Assembly: GCA_947383835.1 (NCBI GenBank)
Contig: CANDEV010000018.1
Span: forward strand, 1-32,000
Direction: 5' to 3'
DNA from: an uncultured Clostridia bacterium
GTDB lineage: Bacteria; Bacillota; Clostridia; Oscillospirales; Ruminococcaceae
Length of the DNA: 32,000 nt
Below are positions 1 through 7,580 of this stretch, piece by piece; within the stretch, counting starts at the first letter, position 1, and every line of letters starts with the position of its first letter. The notes under the pieces are model-generated. The model saw only the letters and a program-made list of their open reading frames with translations, ran no database searches and was not told the DNA's origin. Position numbers and translations under genes: made by a program.

Positions 1-151
1 GAGCCGTGCCGTAATAGCCGTGCTCGTCATAGATTTGGAAATCGAATTGGGTGGTTGCTATACCCGATACCCCGAAGCCGGGGACTGTGCCGGAGAAGCG
101 AAGTCCGCCAAATGGCTCGGTGATCGATTGACCGTTTATGCGTAAGTCCCA
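1..151 (-). CDS. Phage tail protein, N-terminal part only. The gene runs off the left edge and has no ATG/GTG/TTG start in frame.
   Basis: One minus frame reads WDLRINGQSITEPFGGLRFSGTVPGFGVSGIATTQFDFQIYDEHGYYGTA down to base 2. The other two frames are Arg-rich junk or hit an immediate stop. Position is right after the tape-measure gene and the small tail gene. Confidence 0.4.
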
Positions 152-152
152 G

Positions 153-563
153 CTAAAGACCGTCGCCGTTATCTTCGGCAGCAGTCAGATCGGCGGAGCG
201 GAGGGTAAGCATGATATTCCACGTTATATTATTGGTAATGAGCGGATTTTTCTGCCGAGGGTCTGCACATTTCGGAGTTGGATTGTACTTAGTGCAGCAG
301 AATTTTTTTGTTATCTCAAGGGGCGTTGTGTAGGTAAGCTCAAAGCTGTCGCGGGTAACGATCTTCGCGATTTCCTGTGCAACAGCATGAGGCACTTTTC
401 TCAGAGTGCAGGAGATGATCGTCTCATGACCCATAAGCTTGTGTATCTGCCCGCCGTTTACGGATTTGAATTGATTATCGGACTCCACCCTCGAAATATT
501 TATGCTGTAATCCGTAGCGTACTTGTGTATCTCGATTCCGTCCATTGCAACAATTTGTATCAT
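153..563 (-). CDS. Small phage tail-associated protein encoded directly after the tape measure. It resembles the roughly 130-aa family seen in that position in Firmicutes phages; the DUF6711-like assignment is from memory only.
   Basis: 136-aa ORF separated by 3 nt from the tape-measure stop, same strand. Confidence 0.5.
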   Translation of the reverse strand: MIQIVAMDGIEIHKYATDYSINISRVESDNQFKSVNGGQIHKLMGHETIISCTLRKVPHAVAQEIAKIVTRDSFELTYTTPLEITKKFCCTKYNPTPKCADPRQKNPLITNNITWNIMLTLRSADLTAAEDNGDGL

Positions 564-566
564 AGA

Positions 567-2885
567 TCAGCCTCCCTCCATTCTGGTTTTTTCGCCCTGA
601 TAATTTATGACGACCTCGCCCACGGGCTTGCCGTCAAGGTACGCCGTGGTCTTGCCCGTAACGTCCACGGTAACGTACACTTCCATAGGCGCAGCGTCCG
701 AAGCAGTTTTGTAATTTTCATAATTTTTATTTGTACCGCCGACCTGTATCTGAGTATAAAGCGCACCGATGTCAAGCTCTTTCATAGCCGCGTTGAAGCC
801 TGCGGAAAATTGCTGTGCAGTCTGCGCGCCGTAATCGTATGCTGACGTTGCCAAGTCCCCAAGCGCGCTCGTCATGCTGTCGGAAATAGCCTGCGCTTCG
901 TCCTTGTAAAGGTCGTTCGCAAGTTCGTCGGCAAGCTTCTGCTTCTCGTTATAAAGCTCGTTGATCTTTGCAAATTCCTCGGCGGACATTCCGGAAAGAT
1001 ATTTCGCGAACTGCGCGCTGTCCTCCGAACCGAGAGAAGTCAGCTCGGCAAAAAGTCCGTCGGACATACCCTCCGCACGAAGCTTCTTGACAGCGGAATT
1101 ATACTCCCGCATTTTCTTAAGCTGCGCGTCAATGTCGTTGACTGTGTAAATAGTTTTCTTCTGACCGTTTTCGTCCTCTTCCTCGGTCACGGAGAATAAG
1201 TCCCCGCCCACGGACATAAGCTTGTCTCGGTAGCTTTGCCGTTTTTTCTCCAACTCATCATAAGCGTCCTGATACCGCTTTACGATCGCCGACAAGCCGT
1301 CGTCAACAAGCTTTTCCTGTTCGTCAAGGGTCTTTTTGGTAACGTCCAGATTATCTTCATAGACTTGCTTCAGGTACTGATAATTTTCGTCGGTAATGCC
1401 CTTGCCCGTGGTAATATCCGCGTCGCCGTAATATTTTTTTACGAAATCGGCGCGAGCTTGGATAGCGTCCTCGTCAGACAGCAGACCAAGAGTGTTCAGA
1501 CGGTCGATGTTCTCCCATTCGGACTGACGGGCGGCGACCTGCTCCGCGGAAGCCTTTTTCGCGGCTTCTTTGGCAGCCTCAGCAGCCGCTTCCGCTTCCT
1601 TTTGGGACTTCTCGGAATAGTCCTGCTGATAACCGTATAAATCCTCATAATACTTCCAATGCTCCTGCAAATCTGCATTGCCGTACTGACTTAGCAGAGC
1701 GGATTTTCTTGCGTACAGAGCCTCCTCGGAAGCGATAACGCCTATGGCGTACTCATGCTCGGCTTGCTCCCATGCTTCTTTTAAAAGAGCTGTGTTTTCG
1801 GCTTGTGCGTCGGCGAGCTTTTGGGAAGCTTCCAGCATAACAGTAGTGTAATTTGCGGCATATTCTTCCGCAGCCATTTGCTGGGAAGATTTATAACTGT
1901 CACTTGCGTCAACAGAGTTTTGTGTAAGCAAATTTTCATAATCAGCCATATCCTGTGCAGATTTATCCATAAGCTTTTTATTTTCGCCGTATGCCTGCCA
2001 AGCCGATTCCCAAACGCCTTGAGTATAATCTTTTTGATATTTAACATACTCCTTAACGCTCATGCACATTTCGTCGGCTTTCCTTTTGGTTTCAGCCGTG
2101 AAATTATTTACTCCGCTATTGAATTTGTCGTAATCTGCACGAGCTTTTTCGTAAGCTTCGCTCGCGGCGAGAGCGTTTTCATAAAGCCCGTCATTGGCTG
2201 CCGAGGTCTCGTCATAAGTAACAATAGCTGTTTTGTAAACCTCACGCTTTGCTTCAATAAGTGTTGTCTTACGCAAGTTTTCAATATATCCGTTAATTGA
2301 AGCTGCAAGGTCATTATATCCTTGTATCTGACCGTTTATAAGTTCGATCTGTTCGGGATATATTTTGTTAATTTCCTCAACAATTGCTTTGACTGTTTCG
2401 TAACTACCCGTAATTCTGCCATTTTCGTCAACGTTTTCTGCAAGCTTGCTTTTAAGTGAGCTTAAAGTGGATATTTCGTCTTCGCGGGAGGAGATCATTT
2501 CCTCGGATTTTTTATTTACATCTTCGTAAGCGTCGGCAAGTTTTTTTATCGCCTGCTGCTGTTCGGCGTAAATCTCGCTGCCTTTAGCCGCGGCTGCATT
2601 TAATTCTTTGTGGCGGTTGACAGCAGAGGCTACAGCGGCGACATATATTCCGCCGATAACTGCCGCAACTGCCGTGATCGGGCTTATAAGCATAGCTGCC
2701 GACATAGCGGCGTTTGCTTTTGCCAATGCACTTGCGGCAACGGAAGCTCCCCAAGAAGTAGCTGTATATTCCTTGAGTGCAACGCTCATGCCGCTTATGG
2801 AGGCTGTGTGCAAAATATTTGCAGCCGCAGCCGCTCCTGTTGCGGTTTCATAAATAACCATTGCAGAGCCTACAGCTATGAGCAC
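567..2885 (-). CDS. Phage tail tape measure protein, probably 5'-truncated.
   Basis: 772 aa. Gly/Ala-rich hydrophobic segments are followed by a long Glu/Lys/Ala coiled-coil-type sequence, typical of tape measures. The first start is GTG with no Shine-Dalgarno, and the frame stays open upstream to 2999 without a start codon. Confidence 0.7.
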   Translation of the reverse strand: MLIAVGSAMVIYETATGAAAAANILHTASISGMSVALKEYTATSWGASVAASALAKANAAMSAAMLISPITAVAAVIGGIYVAAVASAVNRHKELNAAAAKGSEIYAEQQQAIKKLADAYEDVNKKSEEMISSREDEISTLSSLKSKLAENVDENGRITGSYETVKAIVEEINKIYPEQIELINGQIQGYNDLAASINGYIENLRKTTLIEAKREVYKTAIVTYDETSAANDGLYENALAASEAYEKARADYDKFNSGVNNFTAETKRKADEMCMSVKEYVKYQKDYTQGVWESAWQAYGENKKLMDKSAQDMADYENLLTQNSVDASDSYKSSQQMAAEEYAANYTTVMLEASQKLADAQAENTALLKEAWEQAEHEYAIGVIASEEALYARKSALLSQYGNADLQEHWKYYEDLYGYQQDYSEKSQKEAEAAAEAAKEAAKKASAEQVAARQSEWENIDRLNTLGLLSDEDAIQARADFVKKYYGDADITTGKGITDENYQYLKQVYEDNLDVTKKTLDEQEKLVDDGLSAIVKRYQDAYDELEKKRQSYRDKLMSVGGDLFSVTEEEDENGQKKTIYTVNDIDAQLKKMREYNSAVKKLRAEGMSDGLFAELTSLGSEDSAQFAKYLSGMSAEEFAKINELYNEKQKLADELANDLYKDEAQAISDSMTSALGDLATSAYDYGAQTAQQFSAGFNAAMKELDIGALYTQIQVGGTNKNYENYKTASDAAPMEVYVTVDVTGKTTAYLDGKPVGEVVINYQGEKTRMEGG

Positions 2886-3020
2886 AGTTTTTAAATCGTC
2901 TGCGTTTTCAACTACCCAAGCAAAGCTATTGATTCCGGGGGACGAAAGCTGTAATATCCTGCTGTTCCAAAAGAGAACGGACGGTAAGCTCCTTGCCTGT
3001 CATAACTTGCAAAACGTAGA

Positions 3021-3584
3021 TCATTCCTGCCCCGCCTCCGTTATTTCAGATTTTTTACTTTCCAAATAATCCGAAAGCTGTTTGTACAATGTCGGATCAT
3101 CATGGGCAAGCCCCGTGAAAAATTTATCCTTGACCGCGTCGAAGCCTGCTTCTGAAATATCCTTGTTCTTCAGGTCGAGATTTTTCTTGTATGCCGCAAC
3201 GCGTATCAGTTCGGTAGCCTGCTTCATTAATTTAAGCGGGTCGGTACTTTGCAGATCGTTCTCATCGAATTTAAGCACACCGTCAAGAATTATATTTGAC
3301 AGTATTTTTATAATGCCCTCGGTGGTGTCCAAATTCGGGTATTTATCAAGCTCGCGGGAGATCGCCTTAAAATTTTCCTGTGCAAGCCGCAGGGACTGAA
3401 TAGACTGATTAAGCCGCGAAGCGTACCGCTGAATTGACGAGTAGGAAATTTCAAAGCCGACGTTCTGCACATACTCCACGATCTCGCGGTATTTAAAATT
3501 TGCCTTTATCATTTCGTCAACGGTATTTCTGACCTCTTCGGGGAAATCATTTATTTTAGGGTGACTTCGATTTCCTGTTTTCAT
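3021..3584 (-). CDS. Mu gp27-like protein (DUF3486 family, putative small terminase subunit).
   Basis: N-terminal pattern KINDFPEEVRNTVDEMIKANFKYREIVEYVQNVGFEISYSSIQRYASRL matches the gp27/DUF3486 HTH-like N-terminus. Start moved to ATG 3584, which sits behind a GGAGGA. Confidence 0.6.
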   Translation of the reverse strand: MKTGNRSHPKINDFPEEVRNTVDEMIKANFKYREIVEYVQNVGFEISYSSIQRYASRLNQSIQSLRLAQENFKAISRELDKYPNLDTTEGIIKILSNIILDGVLKFDENDLQSTDPLKLMKQATELIRVAAYKKNLDLKNKDISEAGFDAVKDKFFTGLAHDDPTLYKQLSDYLESKKSEITEAGQE

Positions 3585-3592
3585 AAGTCCTC

Positions 3593-3919
3593 CTAAATGT
3601 CTATGCACGGATCGCTGACCGCCCCCGCAAGAAGCTGTATACCCTTTGCGGTAAGCTTGCCCTCAATTTCGTCCATAGGATAATCCGCAAGCTCCGCAGG
3701 CTTTTGAGTGTCAACATGGCGTATGCGGATATATTCCGATTCGATAAGATAATTCACGCTGTCGGCGAAATCGTCAGCGTCAAGACCCAGCGCGGAGCGA
3801 ATAGAGGATAATTTATTAAAATCGGTGCGGAGCATATTTATCCCACGCAGGACTTTGCCATTATTCTCAATAAAATTCGCTGCACGGGCTTTTTTCATCA
3901 TTGTTTCGGGATTCATCAT
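3593..3919 (-). CDS. Hypothetical phage protein (108 aa).
   Basis: ORF with AAGGAGG 6 nt before ATG 3919. ATGA overlap coupling with the upstream gene. Confidence 0.6.
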   Translation of the reverse strand: MMNPETMMKKARAANFIENNGKVLRGINMLRTDFNKLSSIRSALGLDADDFADSVNYLIESEYIRIRHVDTQKPAELADYPMDEIEGKLTAKGIQLLAGAVSDPCIDI

Positions 3920-4209
3920 GAACCGCCTCCTTTGCTTATAGTCATTAAAATTTCCATGATACTGTCGAGCTTTTTATCTACTTTAGCCTGTTCGCGAAAG
4001 TAGTCGTCCTTGGTAAGATAATTGTCCTTGATACGGCGAATATCGTCCGTATTTTTTTCAATATCTTTTTTCGCAACCTCAAATTCCTTGGAAGATGTTT
4101 TATTGTCAAGCTCTTTAAAAGTCCGCGTAAGAAAAAATCCTATAATTCCGATCATAAGCGTTAATATCGCCGAATATATTGACAAGATAGTTGTCGCGTC
4201 TATTGCCAT
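3916..4209 (-). CDS. Phage membrane protein with one N-terminal TM helix and a charged coiled-coil tail. A holin- or spanin-like role is possible but unproven.
   Basis: ILSIYSAILTLMIGIIGFFL hydrophobic segment followed by a K/E/D-rich tail. GGAGGTG lies 6 nt before the ATG. Confidence 0.6.
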   Translation of the reverse strand: MAIDATTILSIYSAILTLMIGIIGFFLTRTFKELDNKTSSKEFEVAKKDIEKNTDDIRRIKDNYLTKDDYFREQAKVDKKLDSIMEILMTISKGGGS

Positions 4210-4221
4210 GTTCTCACCTCC

Positions 4222-4268
4222 AAAAAAATATGGTGTATGATTTACTTTACAGTTTAATCATACACCAT
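4222..4268 (-). terminator. Intrinsic terminator between the Mor-like gene and the first late-side gene.
   Basis: 13-bp perfect stem ATGGTGTATGATT / AATCATACACCAT (4230-4242 and 4256-4268). On the minus strand it is followed by ATTTTTTT (4222-4229), which runs straight into the GGAGGTG ribosome-binding site. Confidence 0.6.
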
Positions 4269-4312
4269 TATTTATATCATTTCTCTTTTCATATGAAAAG
4301 AAATCATGATAA

Positions 4313-4642
4313 TTAAATTTTTATGTCATCATCAAAAAATGAGGTTTGCCCCGGGAGTGGAGCAGCCTTGACAGCTTTCAGAACAGGAGAGATAATTCGG
4401 CGGATAGAGATTTCCGAAAGATTGAATTTTTTAGCAAGGTCAAGATAATTGTAACCGTTAAATTCTTTCCGAATTTGTTCGTCGCGGACGTTCGCCGTTA
4501 TAGTGTCGGGCTTGCAGACATAAATATATGAGCCTGCATAATTCCGCAGTAAATTTTTGTATGCCTCAAGCCCGATACAATCCGCAAGCTGCCGCTGCTC
4601 CTCGTCTAAATCCTCCAGCGTTAATTTTTCAAGCAGGCTCAT
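4313..4642 (-). CDS. mor: Mor/C-family transcription activator.
   Basis: C-terminal motif RDEQIRKEFNGYNYLDLAKKFNLSEISIRRII is the Mor-family HTH signature. The size (109 aa) and the position after the GemA-like gene also fit. Confidence 0.75.
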   Translation of the reverse strand: MSLLEKLTLEDLDEEQRQLADCIGLEAYKNLLRNYAGSYIYVCKPDTITANVRDEQIRKEFNGYNYLDLAKKFNLSEISIRRIISPVLKAVKAAPLPGQTSFFDDDIKI

Positions 4643-4658
4643 TTTATCACCCTTTCAT

Positions 4659-4916
4659 TTATAATAAACTCATTTGAACATAATCGCAGGGGATTTCAGA
4701 ATATCCCTCACGGGGCTGATATTCTTTATCGGTAAAAATATCAATGCCGCAAAATCCAAAATACCTGCAATGATTTACCGATTTTGCTTTTGCCGCGGAA
4801 TAAAATATCCCGTTTCCGTTATCACCGCAAGGGGCGTTTGCAAAGCATACAAAATCAGTCCCCTCGCCGTTGTAGTCCTCTGCGTGCGAACAGTATCGGC
4901 AGTACTGTTTAATCAT
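4659..4916 (-). CDS. Small Cys-rich phage protein (putative zinc binding).
   Basis: The ORF contains CRYCSH ... C ... C ... C. Start moved to ATG 4916 behind GAGGCGGAAG; the upstream ATG 4946 has no ribosome-binding site. Confidence 0.5.
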   Translation of the reverse strand: MIKQYCRYCSHAEDYNGEGTDFVCFANAPCGDNGNGIFYSAAKAKSVNHCRYFGFCGIDIFTDKEYQPREGYSEIPCDYVQMSLL

Positions 4917-4968
4917 TGGACTTCCGCCTCGCTTTCCGTTCCGCATTATTAACGTACCGCTTCAGCCC

Positions 4969-5409
4969 CTAAATAAGCTTTTCGCCGTCCTTAAATGATA
5001 CCCACCTAAAAATATCCTCACCCGATTTTGCGGTAATTCCGCAAATTTTATGTATCGCCCCCGCCATGCGTTCCCCAACGGTAAAGGGCTTGCCGTCCTC
5101 ATGCAGCATGGGCTTTTCGTCCAATTCCCGCAGATGGTACATATACCGCCATGCGAGGGACTGCTGCTCCGTTGTCATCATACCGGCGACCGCAGGCTTG
5201 TAGGCTTTGGGACTGCGTTTCTCGGGCGGTTCGGGAACGCTGCCGCACCGCTTGCGAAGCTCGCCGATCACAGCCTCGGTCTGACTGTCGGTAAGCTCCT
5301 TGGTGGACTCCTTACCCGTCAGCCCGAAAATCAGAGCGCGGCGGTCGTCCTCGCTCATTCCGAGACTTTTGCACATTCCAAAAATCGTCTTGCGCTGGGT
5401 TGTTGTCAT
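4969..5409 (-). CDS. gemA: Mu gp16/GemA-like regulatory protein (DUF1018 type).
   Basis: TTTQRKTIFGMCKSLGMSEDDRRALIFGLTGKESTKELTDSQ matches the GemA N-terminal pattern. AAAGGAGGA lies 8 nt before ATG 5409. Confidence 0.7.
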   Translation of the reverse strand: MTTTQRKTIFGMCKSLGMSEDDRRALIFGLTGKESTKELTDSQTEAVIGELRKRCGSVPEPPEKRSPKAYKPAVAGMMTTEQQSLAWRYMYHLRELDEKPMLHEDGKPFTVGERMAGAIHKICGITAKSGEDIFRWVSFKDGEKLI

Positions 5410-5441
5410 TTTGAAAATTCCTCCTTTATCTTTATTAAATC

Positions 5442-5470
5442 TTGACAATTGCTTTTATAAATTGTATAAT
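5442..5470 (+). promoter_or_regulatory. Consensus sigma-A/sigma-70 promoter of the moron.
   Basis: TTGACA (5442-5447), 17-nt spacer, TATAAT (5465-5470), about 30 nt upstream of ATG 5503. Confidence 0.65.
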
Positions 5471-5502
5471 TTTTATAATTAATATTATTAGGAAGTGTTA
5501 TA

Positions 5503-6252
5503 ATGTCAATTATATTTCCATTTGAAAAATGTCCTTGTGGAAGTGAAAAAACGTTTATTAATTGTTGCTTTAAGCTACACCATAAATACCAAAAAATTTA
5601 TCCTCCAAATAAAACAATAACTAAAAACAAATATTTGGTTATTGATAAAACCCTTTATACTTCGTATATTTCTGAAATCCGAAATTTTTTAAATTATCAC
5701 ATTACTCAAAATTTGCAAACAAATCTAAAAGATTATGCCAATCTTTTATTCTATATAGATAAAATAATGGATATGATATATCCGTATACAGATTGCCATA
5801 AAGGTTGCGATTATTGCTGTTATATGAGTGTTGCCATATCAGAATTTGAAGCCGACTACATTAAACAGTACGTAAATAAAAACTGGTCTAAAGAAGAAAA
5901 AAATAAACTTCATTCCAAAATAAAAAAATTAAAGCGTGAACATATAGAAATATTTAACCCTGTTTTTTTGGCAACTGAAACACATACACAAGTTCGCGTT
6001 CCGTGTATTTTCTTAAAAAATGGGTGTTGCTCTATTTATCCCTGTAGACCTACAATATGTAGAACTTATGTATCTCTAACACCTTCAGAAATATGTCATG
6101 ATGTTCATTTTAATCCTAATTCAACAAATGTTACTGTAGAAATGGATATCTTAAATGACGTAAGAAATCAACTATTTGAATTTTTTTCCTCACAGGCTCG
6201 TAATATTCAATGGTCTTGTGCACTGCCATTTTGGTTTGATAAATTCAAATAA
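5503..6252 (+). CDS. SEC-C motif plus YkgJ/UPF0153-type (CxxxCxxCC) cysteine-cluster protein. A prophage moron.
   Basis: N-terminal CPCGSEKTFINCC. Central CHKGCDYCC and CIFLKNGCCSIYPCRPTICRTY. It is the only plus-strand gene inside the phage operons. G+C is 18/60 in 5521-5580 versus 42/60 in 5221-5280 (hand count). Confidence 0.8.
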   Translation: MSIIFPFEKCPCGSEKTFINCCFKLHHKYQKIYPPNKTITKNKYLVIDKTLYTSYISEIRNFLNYHITQNLQTNLKDYANLLFYIDKIMDMIYPYTDCHKGCDYCCYMSVAISEFEADYIKQYVNKNWSKEEKNKLHSKIKKLKREHIEIFNPVFLATETHTQVRVPCIFLKNGCCSIYPCRPTICRTYVSLTPSEICHDVHFNPNSTNVTVEMDILNDVRNQLFEFFSSQARNIQWSCALPFWFDKFK

Positions 6253-6258
6253 GCATTT

Positions 6259-6597
6259 TCACGCCTTTACCTGCAAAAGCCACTTTTTAGTACCCTCTGC
6301 AATATTTTTAATATCGGAAATATTTTTGTCTGTAACCATAACGACCCCGCGGAATGGATAGCACCGATAACAATTATTCCACTTTTTCAGATCGTACACA
6401 AAAATAGGCTCATATCCGCCAATATTCACGCCCTCGGAATGTACTTTATTATATATCTCGGGGGACAGCCACAGCCGTACAAATTCGGATATTTCATGAC
6501 GGATCGCACGAGCCTCATCGTCGGTCTTGGTAACAATAAGCACCCTGCTTCTGATCGCAGCGCACAGTACCTGCCGTATAATTCTGCCTGTCAGCAA
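6259..6597 (-). CDS. Hypothetical phage early protein (112 aa, TTG start).
   Basis: AGGAGGCGG lies 4-7 nt before TTG 6597. Same strand as the operon. Confidence 0.55.
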   Translation of the reverse strand: MLTGRIIRQVLCAAIRSRVLIVTKTDDEARAIRHEISEFVRLWLSPEIYNKVHSEGVNIGGYEPIFVYDLKKWNNCYRCYPFRGVVMVTDKNISDIKNIAEGTKKWLLQVKA

Positions 6598-6642
6598 AAT
6601 ACCGCCTCCTATCGCATTAAAGCGGGATCGCTCCCGCCTTAA

Positions 6643-6948
6643 TCACGTAATTGTAAATTTCATAGAAGAGGATTCCCTTAGATACATTTCGTACAAATTG
6701 TGGTTGTCCGCCTTGAATGTAGCCGTATCAAAACGGTTGGAAACAACAGGCTTATACCGTATAGTAAAAACGTCCGCGCACATTTCCTCCAAATGATTGT
6801 CAGTCATTGCCTGCTTAATTTCGTCCTGTGCTTCCTTGATTTCGGCTTCAAGCTGTTTCTTGACCTGTTCGCGCTCCTTGATGTCCCGCACAAGAGCAAC
6901 AATACGGTTGATGTCAATTTTTTTCTTAGCAGCGATTTTCTTTGGCAT
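6643..6948 (-). CDS. Hypothetical coiled-coil phage early protein.
   Basis: Start moved to ATG 6948 (MPKKIAAKKK) behind GGGAGG. The K/E-rich helix region is followed by a beta-like C-terminus. At about 101 aa it is shorter than Mu Gam, so no Gam call is made. Confidence 0.55.
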   Translation of the reverse strand: MPKKIAAKKKIDINRIVALVRDIKEREQVKKQLEAEIKEAQDEIKQAMTDNHLEEMCADVFTIRYKPVVSNRFDTATFKADNHNLYEMYLRESSSMKFTIT

Positions 6949-7036
6949 AGTAGTACCTCCCATAAAATTTATTTTTACCTTGACTCTGCGTTTTCACGGG
7001 CTTGTCACCGTTCGGCATTGCCGAGCCGCATTAAGG

Positions 7037-7065
7037 CGGGGAACGCGTCCCCGTTCTATTTATTT
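7037..7065 (+). terminator. Plus-strand terminator-like hairpin.
   Basis: CGGGGA acgcg TCCCCG followed by TTCTATTTATTT. It is the first such structure downstream of the plus-strand moron. Confidence 0.3.
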
Positions 7066-7242
7066 CCGAAGCTCCCACCCGAGCCACACAAGCCCTGCCA
7101 TAAGCGGAAGCACAAAAACTTCACCGCCGATATTTCCCGCCGCGCGGTTTCCGTATGCTTCAAGAGCCGCGCCGATGAAACCGTATATCATTGCTCCAAG
7201 AAGCAAAATGATAATGTCCCTAACAATATTACGCAACCGCAT
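7060..7242 (-). CDS. Small two-TM membrane protein (60 aa).
   Basis: IIILLLGAMIYGFIGAAL and VFVLPLMAGLVWLGW hydrophobic segments. Lies in the operon. Confidence 0.45.
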   Translation of the reverse strand: MRLRNIVRDIIILLLGAMIYGFIGAALEAYGNRAAGNIGGEVFVLPLMAGLVWLGWELRK

Positions 7243-7420
7243 GAGACACCTCCGTTACAGACACCGACGCGATCTCGGTGATATTCTCCCGACCGTGCCT
7301 TCGGATAGCCTCCGCCGCGGCAATGGATTCCGCGGACTTCCTGTTTCCCGCAAGCACCGTGTACGGCTCGACTGCAACTCCCGAATGGGTCTCAACTCTT
7401 AAATTTACTGTGTATCTCAT
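7229..7420 (-). CDS. Hypothetical small phage protein (63 aa).
   Basis: ORF overlapping both neighbours by a few codons in the operon. Confidence 0.4.
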   Translation of the reverse strand: MRYTVNLRVETHSGVAVEPYTVLAGNRKSAESIAAAEAIRRHGRENITEIASVSVTEVSHAVA

Positions 7421-7580
7421 AATTTTTCTCCTTTTTATATCGTGTAATTGTTTTTCGAGTTTTCTTATTATAAAGCTCCATTGTGCCGTCGGTCTCCTTT
7501 ACTACAAGGAAATTATCACCGTTTAAGCCAAATCCGCTGATAAGAATTTTTTGCCGTCTTGTGGGGCGGGTCGCTCTCAT
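7392..7580 (-). CDS. Small basic phage protein (62 aa).
   Basis: ORF with a 4-nt overlap with the MuB-like stop. RPTRRQKILISGFGLNGDNFLVVKE resembles small proteins common in Firmicutes mobile elements (from memory). Confidence 0.45.
   Translation of the reverse strand: MRATRPTRRQKILISGFGLNGDNFLVVKETDGTMELYNKKTRKTITRYKKEKNYEIHSKFKS

Noticed and set aside
138-845. 235-aa plus-strand ORF across the small tail gene and the end of the tape-measure gene.
   Set aside because: Shadow ORF antisense to two well-supported minus-strand phage genes. It has no ribosome-binding site and a Cys/Arg/Leu-rich composition.
6643-6948. Calling the coiled-coil early protein a Mu Gam homologue.
   Set aside because: At about 101 aa it is much shorter than Gam (about 170 aa) and I could not recognise the motifs. 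It is left as hypothetical.
6700-7402. Two overlapping plus-strand ORFs of 193 and 201 aa.
   Set aside because: They are antisense to a run of coupled minus-strand early genes. Their composition is Arg/Ser/Pro/His-rich, typical of the reverse strand of coding DNA, and they have no ribosome-binding site.
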